From positions 14,198,001 through 14,262,000 of the forward strand of contig OZ024760.1 in the NCBI GenBank assembly GCA_964016885.1: a stretch of 64,000 bases of DNA, read 5' to 3'. Positions 44,437 to 57,524 of this stretch are shown in pieces. The position numbers and the translations under genes were made by a program. Within the stretch, counting starts at the first letter, position 1. Every line of letters starts with the position of its first letter. Below the pieces are notes generated by a model. The model was not told the DNA's origin. It searched no databases and worked only from the letters and a program-made list of their open reading frames with translations. This DNA is from Eledone cirrhosa. Its lineage: Eukaryota.

Positions 44437-46007
44437 GTATGTTGTTGTTAAAGCTCAAATCTATATATGTGTAGCTGCACACTTAGGATGTATCTGATAG
44501 GAGATTTCTTGTGTGTTTTAATGATAGGAACCCCAGTCCTATCACACTTACACACACACATATATCTATGTATGTTGATGCAGCTTACATCTATATATAT
44601 TTAGTTGCATATGAAGTTGTATATGGTAGGAGGTTTCTTGTGTGTTTTAATGATAGGGACCCCAGTCGTATCGCATATATACACACATATATGTATTTTG
44701 CTGTTGCATCTCACATCTATATATGTTTAGCTGGCCTCCTATGCTGTTTATGACAGGAGGTTTCTCGTGTTATTTACTGATAGACACCCCAGTCCTATCA
44801 CACACTCACACACAAACACACACACACACTCAAACACTCACACAAACACTCACACACACAAACACTCACACAAACACACTCACACACACACAAACACACA
44901 AACACACTCACACACACACACTCACACACACACACACTCACAAACACATACACAAACACACACACAAACACATATTTAAGTTGTTACATCTCACGTCTAT
45001 ATACGTTTAGCCGGCCTCCAATGATGCTGTATCTGACAGCAGACTTATGATGTTCTTTACTGATAGAGACCCCAGGCCTACCAGACACACGCCTGCTCAC
45101 ATACCCGTTGTTACAGCTCATATCTATGTAGGTTTAGTCATGCGCCTCAGATGTTGGATATCACAAGAAGCAGCCGTCTTATCATGGAAAGCACTGTGAT
45201 GAAATGAAGCATCTTGTTCAAGAACAGAATATGCTTCCTATCGACATATCTCCTCTCCTATCTCTTTCTCTATATCTATCGGTAGCTCTCTCTCTCTCTC
45301 CCACTCTCTCTCTATCTCTCCCCTCTCTCTATCTCCCAATCTATGTGTTGAATCTATCTAAAACTATCTCTCTCTATTACCATCACTTGGTTTATATGTT
45401 TATATATATATACATATATGTATATATATATGTGTATGTATATATATATATGTGTATGTATATATATATGTATGTGTATGTGTATATATATATATATGTA
45501 TATATGTATCTGTATATATATATATATGTATGTATCTGTACATATATATATATATATGTATGTGTATGTATGTATGTGTATATGTATGTATGTATGTGTA
45601 TATGTATGTGTATATATATGTATGTATGTGTGTGTGTATATATATATATATGTATATATATATACACACATGGCTTAGTGGTTAGAGCATTGGCCTTGCA
45701 ATCAAAAGGTTGTGAGTTCAATTCTCAGACCGGGTGATGTGTTGTTTCCTTGAGCAAGATACTTTATTTCACATTGCTCCAGTTTACTCAGCTGTAGAAA
45801 TGAGATGATAGGGACTGGGTTCCCTATCATTCCACTGCAAAAACCACCCAGCACTCACTGTAAATGAGGTTGGCCTTAGGAAGGGCATCCAGCTGTAGAA
45901 ATCAAGCCACAATCAGTTCCCGTCCCACCCTTGCAAGCAGGGAAAAGTGGACGTAAAATGATGATGATGATGATATGTATGTATGTATATATGTATGTAT
46001 GTGTGTA

Positions 46008-46046
<39 letters not shown>

Positions 46047-46132
46047 TATGAAAAGAAAATCTTTTTCGCAGAAATTGTTGGATTTCTCCAAATTTAAAGG
46101 TTTATTAGGAACTTTCAATGTTTATTTTAGGT

Positions 46133-46198
46133 TTTGCCGTCTGAAGAGCTCAGGCTATCTTAACTGATAGTCCTCAGTGAAATATGTATAATGGTAGA
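46133..46198 (+). ncRNA. Type I minimal hammerhead ribozyme
   Basis: tttgccgt CTGAAGA gctca-ggctatc-ttaact-gatagtc-ctcagt GAAA tatgta TA atggtaga. Stem I pairs fully with G-U wobbles. Confidence 0.78.
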
Positions 46199-47068
46199 CT
46201 TAATTCACAGGCCAGTTTAACACCACCCCTTTGCCCTTGGGTGGTAGACTTAATCCACAGCCCAGTTTAACACCACCACCTGGCCCTTGGGGGGCTATAG
46301 CTGAGTCTTTATGGAAAGCATTCAAGCCAGGTTTCCAGTTTGAGGATACCATCCTCACATCCTTCTTTCCTCCCAACCAGTCTTGGAAGCCCCGGAAAGT
46401 GTCAAGGGCACTGCTCTTCCCTTTCTGACTAAACAGTGAAATATAAAGTATTTACCCTCACCTAGTTTATATTCTGGATTTATGTAACAGTACTCTTTAT
46501 TGAAAGTTGGAGCAAAGATGGACATTTGCCAAGACATATAGAGGCAGACACCACACACAGCACCAGCCAACATCACACCACCATCACACCACCATCACAC
46601 ATACCCATGATACATACACTACTACCGCCATCATATCACACACATACACCATCATCTCATACCCACCAGCCGACATCACACCATTACCACACCAACAAAC
46701 CACACCACACCACCACTTCAACAGGGGCTCCCAAAGATAGAAAAAGTATGAGCAGATGTTTATGTATCATCAAAGACCTTCATAAAGCAGGGCAGTTTGT
46801 ATATACCTAGTCTTGGTGCTTCACTAGAAGAGGTTGATGCTGAGAAATATCCTCCCACCCACCCCCACCATCAAATATATGAGATAGGCCAAGCCAGTCT
46901 AAATGTAAAATTCAAAGTATTTGTAGACTGTGACAATATGGAGGATATTTAACTTATCCATTGCCATGTTTCTAATACAAGACACTACCTATGATTTTCA
47001 ACTAATTTTTAACCCTTAAATGCTAAAGAGTTAAGTGGATTTAATAATACAACAAACATTTTCATTAA

Positions 47069-47257
47069 CCCTTTAACATTTACATTACTCTATATATACT
47101 ATTGTATTTTTGTGGTAAAGGCTTTATTTTACATAATTATCTCACATAATATCGAATCTATGAGATTTTGATATTATTCATTTTGAGTGGCCTGTTACGG
47201 CTAGTTTGAACAGAAAGAGGTGAGAGAATTCTGGCCGGATATGGCCAATTTAAAGGG
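47069..47257 (-). mobile_element. piggyBac-like MITE
   Basis: ttaa|ccctttaacattta…taaaggg|ttaa. Confidence 0.75.
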
Positions 47258-47334
47258 TTAAGTCAGTGCTTGGAACATAACAACCCTTTTCTTAACATAT
47301 TTCTAATAAATGACACTGTCTATGAGAGGGTCAT

Positions 47335-47710
47335 GGAGGCAGAGTCCTCAAACACTCTTTCCAGAGGGTCCTGACAGAAGCAACCGTCTCCAACTGATCT
47401 GGCTGGTTCCCCAAGCATGACCAGCTAAGCTCATGGATTTTATCCAACTATCTTGCTCAAGGTCTACCTCGGGGTCTCCTGCCGGTTAGTTTCACCCGTA
47501 AAATCTGTCTAGCGATTCTTTCCTGAGACATTCTAACCACATGTCCGTAATATCGGAGTTGTGATCTCTCAATTCAGAGAAGTAGTGGCTCTACCTGGAG
47601 TAACTCTCTGATCTCCGAGCTACAAATTTGTCCAGCGATTCTTTCCTGAGACATTCTAACCATATGCCCATAGTATTAGAGCTTGGTCTCTCAATTTGGA
47701 GAAGTAGCAA
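47335..47710 (-). mobile_element. RTE-clade LINE fragment with a partial internal duplication; homolog at 20335-20440 (plus)
   Basis: Reverse complement encodes IERSQLRYYGHVVRMSQERIARQILRVKLTGRRPRGRP. Confidence 0.8.
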
Positions 47711-48279
47711 CTAGTGTAACATAACTAACTTTCTAATTATTAATCTGGTGCTTGGGACATAACAAAGATCCTTACATAAAATTAAAGAATTGGTACCAGG
47801 GAGGGTATCCAGCTGTCATTGCCCCCAAAAGGTGTCCTTTTACAGAGTGTACTGGGTGCATTCCATCAAGACACCAGCACTAGAGAGCTTGTCATGCCCT
47901 CAAATAGACTAAAGACTCCCCTCTAACCTAAATTGTCTTCAATTGTTAACAACTTTACAGAATGGTTGGTAATGATGATGATGATGATGACAAAGATGAT
48001 GATAAAGCTAATGATAATGATGATGACGATGGTGGTGATGGTGATGGTGATGGTGATGATGATGATATGGATGATGATGATAATGATGATGATAATGATG
48101 ATGATGATGATGATTAAATGGATGATGATGATGATGATGATGCTGATTGTAATAATAATGATGACAACTACGATAATGATTATGATGATACTGGTGATGA
48201 TGTCACATCCACCATGTTGAGTTAGTGTTGATTAATAACTTGGTTTGTCAGTGGTCGAGAGATACTCTTAGTCATAGTG

Positions 48280-48550
48280 AGTGGAGTAGAGATAGGTATG
48301 AGTGTAAGGTGGAGTAGAGATAGGTATGAGTGTAAGGTGGAGTAGAGATAGGTATGAGTGTAAGGTGGAGTAGAGATAGGTATGGGTGTAAGGTGGAGTA
48401 GAGATAGGTATGGGTGTAAGGTGGAGTGGAGATGGTACGGGTGTAAGGTGGAGTGGAGATATATTTGAGTGTGGAGTGGAGTGGAATGGAGATATATTTG
48501 AGTGTAAGGTGGAGTGGATATATTTAAGTGTAAGGTGGAGTGGAGATAGA
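48280..48550. repeat. 28-bp minisatellite
   Basis: gagtgtaaggtggagtagagataggtat. Confidence 0.9.
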
Positions 48551-48861
48551 TATAAATTATCCAAGTATAACAATCTAGAGATAGAAATAACTAGAATGTG
48601 GATGATGAACACAGAAAGAATCCCTATTATGTTAGCTCCTTGGGGATTCATAAAAATACACAGGCAGAGATACCTAACTAAAACCCCTCGGGACTTACAA
48701 ATATATATATAACATAGGGGGCACTGTACACATGTTACAAAGAGTACTTTTAACACAATAGAAACTCCCAAAACAACACTGCATGTAGCCAAGGTGCACA
48801 GAGCTGTGCTCGGTAGTCCAGAGATGACGTGCAATGGAAATAAGACTATTAGTAATAATAA

Positions 48862-49217
48862 TAATTGTTTCTACTTTTGGCACAAGGCCAGCAATTACCC
48901 AGTACATTACTGGTGGTTTATTTTATTGACCCCGTAAGGATGAAAGGCAAAGTTAACCTCGGTGGGATTTGAACTCAGATCGTAAAGGGACGTAACTACG
49001 CTGGAAAGCATGAGGCACAAGGCCAGTAATTTTGGTGGGAGGGGAAGTCGATTAAATTCGACCCCAGTGGATTACTGGTGGTTTATTTTATTGACCCCGC
49101 AAGGATGAAAGGCAAAGTTAACCTCGGTGGGATTTGAACTCAGATCATAAAAGGCCGTAACTCTGTGCTGCAAAGCATGGCATCTGACGCTCTACAGATA
49201 CTGCCAATCCACTACCT
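48862..49217 (-). mobile_element. SINE family A tandem pair
   Basis: Reverse-complement consensus match. Confidence 0.85.
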
Positions 49218-49545
49218 TAATAATAATAATAATAATAAACGCAAGTTCTTGCTGCAGCTGCTGCTGCTGATGATGATGATGTATGTAAGCCAACCAAGTG
49301 TGGTAAAAAAACACTCCTGTATTGGAAATAAAGTAGGAGAGAGGAAAATGGAGTAATAGGTATTAATCTGGTTTACCTAATGTTATTACGGCTATATTTA
49401 GAAGCTGAGTGATTCAGGTGGAAACCTGTGTGTGTGTAGTGTGTGTGTGTAGTGTGTATGTAGTATGTGTGTGTGTAGAGTGTCTAATATGGCTGTGGAT
49501 CTCTCTATTTCTTTATATATATATATATACACACACATGAATATT

Positions 49546-49577
<32 letters not shown>

Positions 49578-49604
49578 ACACATATATGCATGAATATGTG
49601 TTTG

Positions 49605-49636
<32 letters not shown>

Positions 49637-49658
49637 CATATATATACATACATACACA

Positions 49659-49704
<46 letters not shown>

Positions 49705-50059
49705 CATACATACATACACACACATATATACACATACATACAGAGCACACATATGTATGTATGTGTGTGTGTGTGTGTGTATATATATAAACACACACAC
49801 ATATATATATATATACACATACATACAGAGCACACATACACACAAACATGTATATGTGTGTGTATATATATATACACACACACACATATATACACACATA
49901 CATACAGAACACATACTTGTTTTAAATATAAAGCTTAAGCAAAGCATCTATGTTTTTATACATGTATGTAGTGTGTATATAGTGTGTATATGTAGTGTGT
50001 ATATGTAGTGTGAGTGTAGAGTGTATGTATGTATATATATGTATGTGTCCCTCTTAAAG

Positions 50060-50888
50060 CACCAGTGGCACATCTCCACTGGCACCCCAATGACTGGCCG
50101 CACCACTGACACATCTAGAGTGGCACCCCAACGACAAGCTGCACCAGTGGCACCCCAACGACTGGCTGTACCTGGCACATCTAGAGTGGCGCCCCACAAG
50201 CTGCACCAGTGGCACATCTAGAGTGGCACCCCACAAGCTGCACCAGTGGCACCCCAATGACAAGCTGCACCTGTGGCACATCTAGAGTGGCACCCCACAA
50301 GCTGCACCAGTGGCACATCTAGAGTGGCACCCCACAAGCTGCACCAGTGGCACCCCAATGACAAGCTGCACCTGTGGCACATCTAGAGTGGCACCCCACA
50401 AGCTGCACCAGTGGCACCCCAACGACTGGCTGTACCTGTGGAACATCTAGAGTGGCACCCCACAAGCTGCACCAGTGGCACCCCAACGACTGGCTGCACC
50501 TGTGGCACATCTAGAGTGGCACCCCACAAGCTGCACCAGTGGCACCCCAACGACTGGCTGTACCTGTGGCACATCTAGAGCGGCACCCCACAAGCTGCAC
50601 CAGTGGCACCCCAACGACAAGTTGCACCTGTGGCACATCTAGAGTGGCACCCCACAAGCTGCACCAGTGGCACCCCAACGACTGGCTGTACCTGTGGCAC
50701 ATCTAGAGTGGCACCCCACAAGCTGCACCAGTGGCACCCCAACGACAAGTTGCACCTGTGGCACATCTAGAGTGGCACCCCCACAAGCTGCACCAGTGGC
50801 ACCCCAACGACAAGTTGCACCTGTGGCACATCTAGAGTGGCACCCCACAAGCTGCACCAGTGGCACCCCAACGACAAGTTGCACCAGT
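50060..50888. repeat. GC-rich 64-bp minisatellite with internal sub-repeats
   Basis: gtggcacatctagagtggcaccccacaagctgcaccagtggcaccccaacgactggctgtacct, about 12-13 units. Confidence 0.95.
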
Positions 50889-50967
50889 TGCGAGAACACA
50901 ATTGATAGGAATATCTTCACTAGTAGAGAAATGGTTGCAAAAATTTGCAGTAAACTAAAAGCAAAGA

Positions 50968-51630
50968 CTTAGCATTTAAACCAGCCATATCCAGCCAGAA
51001 TTCTCTCACTTTTTTCTGTTCAAACCGGTTGTAACTGGCCACTCATACTGATGTTAAGGTATTGTTCTCAAAATAAATAATATCAAAATCTCATAGATTC
51101 AATATTATGTGAGATAATTATGTGAGGTAAAGCCTTTACCATGAAAATACAATAGTATATATATATAGTAATGTAAATGCTATGTGAGGTAATTATGTGA
51201 GGTAAAGCCTTTACCATGAAAATACAATAGTATATATATATAGTAATGTAAATGCTATGTGAGGTAATTATGTGAGGTAAAGCCTTTACCATGAAAATAC
51301 AATAGTATATATATATATATAGTAATGTAAATGCTATGTGAGATAATTATGCGAGGTAAAGCCTTTACCATGAAAATACAATAGTAAATATAGAGTAAAG
51401 TAAATGTTATGTGAGTTATTATGTGAGGTAAAGCCTTTACCATGAAAATATAATAGTAAATATAGAGTAAAGTAAATGTTATGTGAGATATTATGTGAGG
51501 TAAAGCCTTTACCATGAAAATATAATAGTAAATATAGAGTAAAGTAAATGTTATGTGAGATATTATGTGAGGTAAAGCCTTTACCATGAAAATATAATAG
51601 TAAATATAGAGTAATGTAAATACTAAAGGG
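50968..51630 (+). mobile_element. piggyBac-like MITE with an internal ~70-75-bp tandem expansion (about 7 units)
   Basis: Unit ttatgtgaggtaaagcctttaccatgaaaatacaatagt…gtaaatgctatgtgag, ending in ctaaaggg|ttaa. Confidence 0.8.
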
Positions 51631-51775
51631 TTAATGTAATGCAGTCGTAGTGCAGTTTTGTACTTTACAAGAATGATTTGCTAATGTGGTTTTATGTGGT
51701 GCACAATTTTAAGAGTTAATGCCTGCCAGGTAAAATAGAGAATAGCTGTATAAATAAGGTGGTGACGCTGGTAGG

Positions 51776-51829
<54 letters not shown>

Positions 51830-51897
51830 ACCACCAGCCCCATATATATATATATATATATAATATAAGATCAAAAGATGGTTAAAAGAGTTCCATG

Positions 51898-51965
51898 TAT
51901 TTTATTATGCGCATTTCAAAAACAAATATCATCATGGGATATTTGCGTTCTCATCAGATAAAATA
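51898..51965 (-). ncRNA. Hammerhead ribozyme (family H1), left arm of an inverted repeat
   Basis: Reverse complement: tattttat CTGATGA gaacgcaaatatc...gatatttgttttt GAAA tgcgca TA ataaaata. Confidence 0.82.
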
Positions 51966-52455
51966 GGGAGACATGATATGAAGCTTAAAAAACACTTGCG
52001 AGCAGTGAAGTGTTAAATCAACATATGAAAAATAAAATATGATGGATATGTGAGATTGGGGAAAAAAAAAAGGAGGAAGGGGGAAGGAAAAAGTAAGGAA
52101 GAGGAAGAAAGAAAATAAAGGATGACGGGGGAGGAGTATAAGAAGGAAGGATGAGAGAGGAGGAGAAATGAGTGAGAGAGAGAGATAGCCTTTAATACTG
52201 AGAAACACTATCTCACAGAGAGAAATAAAAAAACCGTTGTAAGATAATACATAATTTTAAAAAATTTTGAAATTAAAAGTTAATGAGCTTTATGAATGGT
52301 GATGTTTATGATTAAAGAAAAAGGAATTAAGAATAGTATTTATTTAAGGTTTATATATTGAAGGGTTTAATAATATGTGCGAAAAGGAATTTATTAATAT
52401 GTATTATTAAAATAAAAATATTAAGGAGATAAGGTGAATGAAGAAGAAATTAAAT

Positions 52456-52526
52456 TATTTTATCTGATGAGAACGCAAATATCATCCCATGATGATATTT
52501 GTTTTTGAAATGCGCATAATAAAATA
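52456..52526 (+). ncRNA. Hammerhead ribozyme (family H1), right arm of an inverted repeat
   Basis: tattttat CTGATGA gaac-gcaaatatcatc-ccat-gatgatatttgt-tttt GAAA tgcgca TA ataaaata. Palindromic TGCGCA helix III. Confidence 0.85.
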
Positions 52527-52945
52527 CATGGAACTCTTTTAACCATCTTTTGATCTTATATTATCTATACTCCAGTCCTATAAACTGTTGAGTGCTACTT
52601 ATCCGATATTTGCATTGCTTTATTGTGCTTCAATAAAACTCACCTCCATTATATATATATATAAAGTCAGGTCAGATCAAAGGAACAGACATTGTCATAC
52701 TAGAGGCTATATGGTTGTGCTACTGTGTATGTGTGTGTGACTGTAACTTCTAGTGTGAACGCTAGTGTATGTGTGTTAGTATGCGAGTGTGTGTGTGTGT
52801 CAGTGTTAGTATGAGTGTGTGTGTGTGTGTGTGTCACTAAGTTATTAACACCATCTGTTGAACAATCTGTCTCAGATGAGAGAATCTATACCACCGTGTG
52901 TTATCTCTTGGATCTTTTTGAGTGTGTGTACACACACACACACAC

Positions 52946-53000
<55 letters not shown>

Positions 53001-53135
53001 TATGTCTATACATACATATTCATACATCTATATCTAAATTTACATATCTTTATCTGTATACCCCTCTCTTTATATACACACACACACATATTTATGAGAG
53101 ATACATATATACATGTATATATAGACATATTATTG

Positions 53136-53188
<53 letters not shown>

Positions 53189-53777
53189 TATAGGTATATT
53201 TTGACACAGACATATATATATGAGAAAGTGGGGGAGAGAGAGAGTTAGTGAGAGAGAGGGAGCGAGAGAGCGAGAGAGGGAGCAAGAGAGAGGGAGCGAG
53301 AGAGAGGGGGGGAGTGAGAGAGAGAGGGAAACATATATATATACATACATATATATATATTTTGACGCACAGACATTATATATATATATATATGAGAGAG
53401 TGGGAGAGAGGGAGAGAGAAAGAGAGTGAGAGAGAGGGAGGGAGGGAGGGAGGGAGAGTGAGAGAGACATGGAAAGATTTTTTATATAGCAGTAGGAGGT
53501 ACATATGTTTTGTATGTACAAAGATGGCTGGATGACAGGATCGGTAGAGCATCAGACAAAATAACTTGATACCTTCTTGCAACATTTGGTGATGTTACTA
53601 CATCCCACCCATGTATCACAATCATTTCAAATTCCAGCTATATTCAACATACCTTCCATCCCCCTTGGGCTCATTGAAATAATTACTCAATGTAAAGTAG
53701 GCCAGATGTTATTGAGTACTAGAGTATTGAGGGTGGTGCTCCATCATACACTACACAGTCAACCTACAAAGAGACTA

Positions 53778-54330
53778 CAATTGCACCTCTCAAAGGTGAT
53801 GATACAGGACCAAGACCTCTGGCGTTACGCAGTAATACAGAAGATCCGACTTCCCATGGGTACAAGCTGAAACTGAAGCATATATATAGTAAGCCCCCAA
53901 GCCCCTCCCACTGTAAAGTGGTCATGTAGGTGCCACAACAAAAAAGCACCCAGTCCACACTGTAAAGTGGTCATGTAGGTGCCACAACAAAAAAGTTCCC
54001 AGCCCACACTGTAAAGTGGTCATGTAGGTGCCACAACAAAAAACCACCCAGCCCACACTGTAAAGTGGTCATGTAGGCGCCACAGAAAAAAAAACACCCA
54101 GCCCACACCGTAAAGTGGTCATGTAGGTGCCACAATAAAAAAGCATCCAGTACTCACTGCAAATGAGGCTGGTGTTAGGAAGAGCATCCAGCTGTAGAAA
54201 TCAAGCCAGTATCAGTTCCAGTACGAGCAAGACAAGGTCACCTGACCTGGCATTGCTCACAATAGGACAACCCATCTAACCCATGCTAGTGTGGAAGAAT
54301 GGATGTAAAACGGTGATGATGATGGTGATG
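53778..54330 (+). mobile_element. SINE/RTE-tail type repeat with an internal ~49-bp tandem expansion; homolog at 18565-18900
   Basis: Unit cactgtaaagtggtcatgtaggtgccacaacaaaaaagcacccagccca x5 (53909-54150). Ends aacccatgctagtgtggaa…gatgatg. Confidence 0.75.
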
Positions 54331-54543
54331 ATATATATGTATATGTATGTGTGTGCATGTCTGAATGTATATATGTATGTATGAATATATTTCTGCATAT
54401 GGACGTGAGAACACACATCTGAGGAGCTTTTGATTGCAGAGTCAGGAGTGAACATTATTCGACCGTTCCTTGAGCTGATTGGCAGTGAAACATATGTAAT
54501 ATGTAATATGTATATGATGCAAGACTGATTCTTTGTTCCCTAT

Positions 54544-54646
<103 letters not shown>

Positions 54647-55146
54647 GAGGAGTGTACTAACTGCTTTTTCTAGCAAATACGTTATTCACTCACTGACCTC
54701 CTTACTACCCATCTTTGACCACAGTATGACGTGTTAATTCCTCCCTCCGCCTCTAGAGAGTTTCTCACATGCTATCAACACGTCAAAGAAACGCTGAGGA
54801 GTCTCTTGATAAACTGTATCAGCCTCACAGTATTGATGCATATTTATAGTGCATATATATATAGGGGGAGGGGGTATACGTGAGAGTGCAGGGTAGGGTA
54901 TGCAAGTGTTTGATTATGTTAACTAACATTGAGTTACACCCTTTACGACAAAGCACAACTTAATTCAATAATATTACAGTTCAATAAAATAAACACCAGA
55001 CTGAGATAAATATTGGAGTTGGTGCGGGAAGGAGATCAATATGATGATTGATTGAAAACACTTAAAGGTAGTGCCCCAGCATAGCCACATTCTTATCACT
55101 AAAACCAATAAAAGAAGAAAAGTATCGCATATGTGCACACAATCAT

Positions 55147-55234
<88 letters not shown>

Positions 55235-55429
55235 TCATCATCGTTCCCGTTTAATATCAATTTTTCCATGTTTGCATGGGTTAGACAGGTCGTCCACGCT
55301 GGGAGGCAAGTCTGGCCATATGTCACCTTGCTCCAGCTAGGACTGTAAATTTGGCTGGGTATTTTACGGCTGGATGCTCTTCCTAACACCAACCACGTTT
55401 ACAGTGTGTGTGTGTGTGTGTGTGTGTAT

Positions 55430-55628
55430 ATTCAATTCAATTCAATATATTTGGCAGAAAATAAAACATAGATGCTTCAGATGCCATGTAAGGAGAGGGG
55501 GGGGGGGGGGGGGCAACATTTACATAGTCCGAAACACAGTGGTCCAACAGCGGTCCAATTTCGGCTTGAATTGCTGCATGGTTGACGCGTTGACTACTTC
55601 TTCTGGAAGCCGATTCCAGGGTCCAGAG
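55430..55628 (-). mobile_element. Second CR1-clade LINE 3' end with a (TTGAA)n tail
   Basis: Reverse complement encodes PWNRLPEEVVNASTMQQFKPKLDRCWTTVFRTM*. Confidence 0.78.
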
Positions 55629-55856
55629 ATGCAGATCATTTAACGTCCACTTTCCCTGCTAGCAAGGGTTGGACTATATACACACACACTGCCGAATCTA
55701 TGCTGGCACAGGAAAGCAGACATAAAATGATTATATATATATATATATATATATAACGAAGGAAATGTGGTAAGGAACCAGGTGGACCATAACGCACCAA
55801 AGTACAGAATTAGCCGTCGAAACGGCTTGAGCTCAGCCGTCGGGGTCTTACTTGTT

Positions 55857-55897
<41 letters not shown>

Positions 55898-56042
55898 TTT
55901 GTATTTCTAAAGACACACAGTGTGTTTACAAGTAAATATATACATTATATATATATATATATACATATATACATATATATACACATATATATATATACAT
56001 AATCATTTTATGTTTGCTTTCCCTGTGCCAGCATAGATTTGG

Positions 56043-56081
<39 letters not shown>

Positions 56082-56274
56082 AGTGTGAATGTATAGGTTT
56101 GATTGCAGAAATAGGAGAGACAATATAAATATTTTTTTTTTATTAAAGCTATAAACCTACTCCAGTGACTCAAGTGCTTTGAGTCCCATTCAAAAGGACA
56201 CTTATAAAACTATTTCATAAGAGTCCTTTAGCACAGACTGCAGGCCCTTCAGTCACTGGTATAGCTTTATAGGC

Positions 56275-56329
<55 letters not shown>

Positions 56330-57261
56330 CATCATCATCTTCATCATCATCGTTAAATGTCTATCTTCCATGCTAGCATGGGTTAAATGGGAATTGTCCC
56401 ACCTAAAGCAAGATTGATCGGGTGACCGTGTCTCGCTCGTATAGGACTGTATCTGACAGGTTTTGTACGACTGGATGCCCTTCCTAACACCAACCACATT
56501 TACAGTGTGGACTGGGTGCTTTTTGTCATGAGATCTACACAACCTCTTTAGTTTGGACTGGATGTTCTGTGGTACCAACATAACTTTACAGAGAAAGGGT
56601 GGTGTTGGTGGGAGTGGGAGGATGGAGTAGGGGTAGTGGGTTGGGGTGTATGTTTGGTTTGGAGGGGCCTACTGACTGTAGGTTAGCTTTGCACGATATA
56701 TATATATCGACAGTTGATTGACAAGATCCCAGACCTCATTCGCTTAACGAGTGGGGTGGAGCTAGTCAAATCAGACCTTGTTTCCATTGGTCTTTCCAAA
56801 TTCTAATACTATCTGTCAGTCGCAAATCCAGAAGGAGCAACGTGAAATAAAGTGTCTTGCTCAAGGACATAACACATCGCCTGGTCTGGGAATCAAAATC
56901 ACAACCTCACAAATGTGAATCCAATACTCTAACCACCCAGCCACACACCTTCACTATATATACATATATATATATAGGATGAGGGTACAAAATATATGAT
57001 CTGGCAGGGCCATCTGGTGACACCTGGGGCAGTGTTTTGTACTAGAGTCTTTGGTTGACCAATGCTTTGTGAGTGGAATTTGGTAGATAAAAACTGCAGA
57101 AGGCCATCGTGTATATATGCATGTATGTGTATGTGTATGTGTATGTGTGTGTATGTGTATGTGTATGTGTGTGTGTGTGTGTGTGTCTCCATGTCTGTGT
57201 TTATGTATTGAATAAATAACTATCTGTGATTGACTAAATCAAGTCTGTGTCTCAGAAAGGC

Positions 57262-57303
<42 letters not shown>

Positions 57304-57524
57304 CAGAGAGGGGTGAGAGAGAGAGAGGGACAGAGAGGGGTGAGAGAGGGACGGAGAGGGGTGAGAGAGAGGAACGAAGAGAGTAAGAGAGTGAATGTGA
57401 CTCCATATTGTAATATCTATATCCAAGAAGAAGAAGAAGCAAAAAGCCCAAAACAAATGACTAATTCTTTCTCCACAGTTAATAGAAATATGAAAATTTA
57501 TGAATCTAACCAAACCTTCTGTAA

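Larger units (their letters stand above)
51861..52650 (+). mobile_element. PLE-like element with inverted HHR-bearing terminal repeats (family H1)
   Basis: 51861-51965 is the inverted copy of 52456-52563. A tail 52564-52650 (…gagtgctacttatc…) is present only on the right. (TA)n on both sides. Confidence 0.75.

Noticed and set aside
50060-50888. Possible CRISPR array
   Set aside because: No unique spacers, eukaryotic context and no cas genes; it is a minisatellite.
54429-54475. CTGAGGA + good stem II + GAAC
   Set aside because: GAAA incomplete and no stem I pairing; at most a decayed HHR.
54793-54825. CTGAGGAgtc…gatAAAC; also isolated CTGATGA at about 61037 (plus) and about 62314 (minus)
   Set aside because: Missing GAAA or stem I; not supportable as ribozymes.
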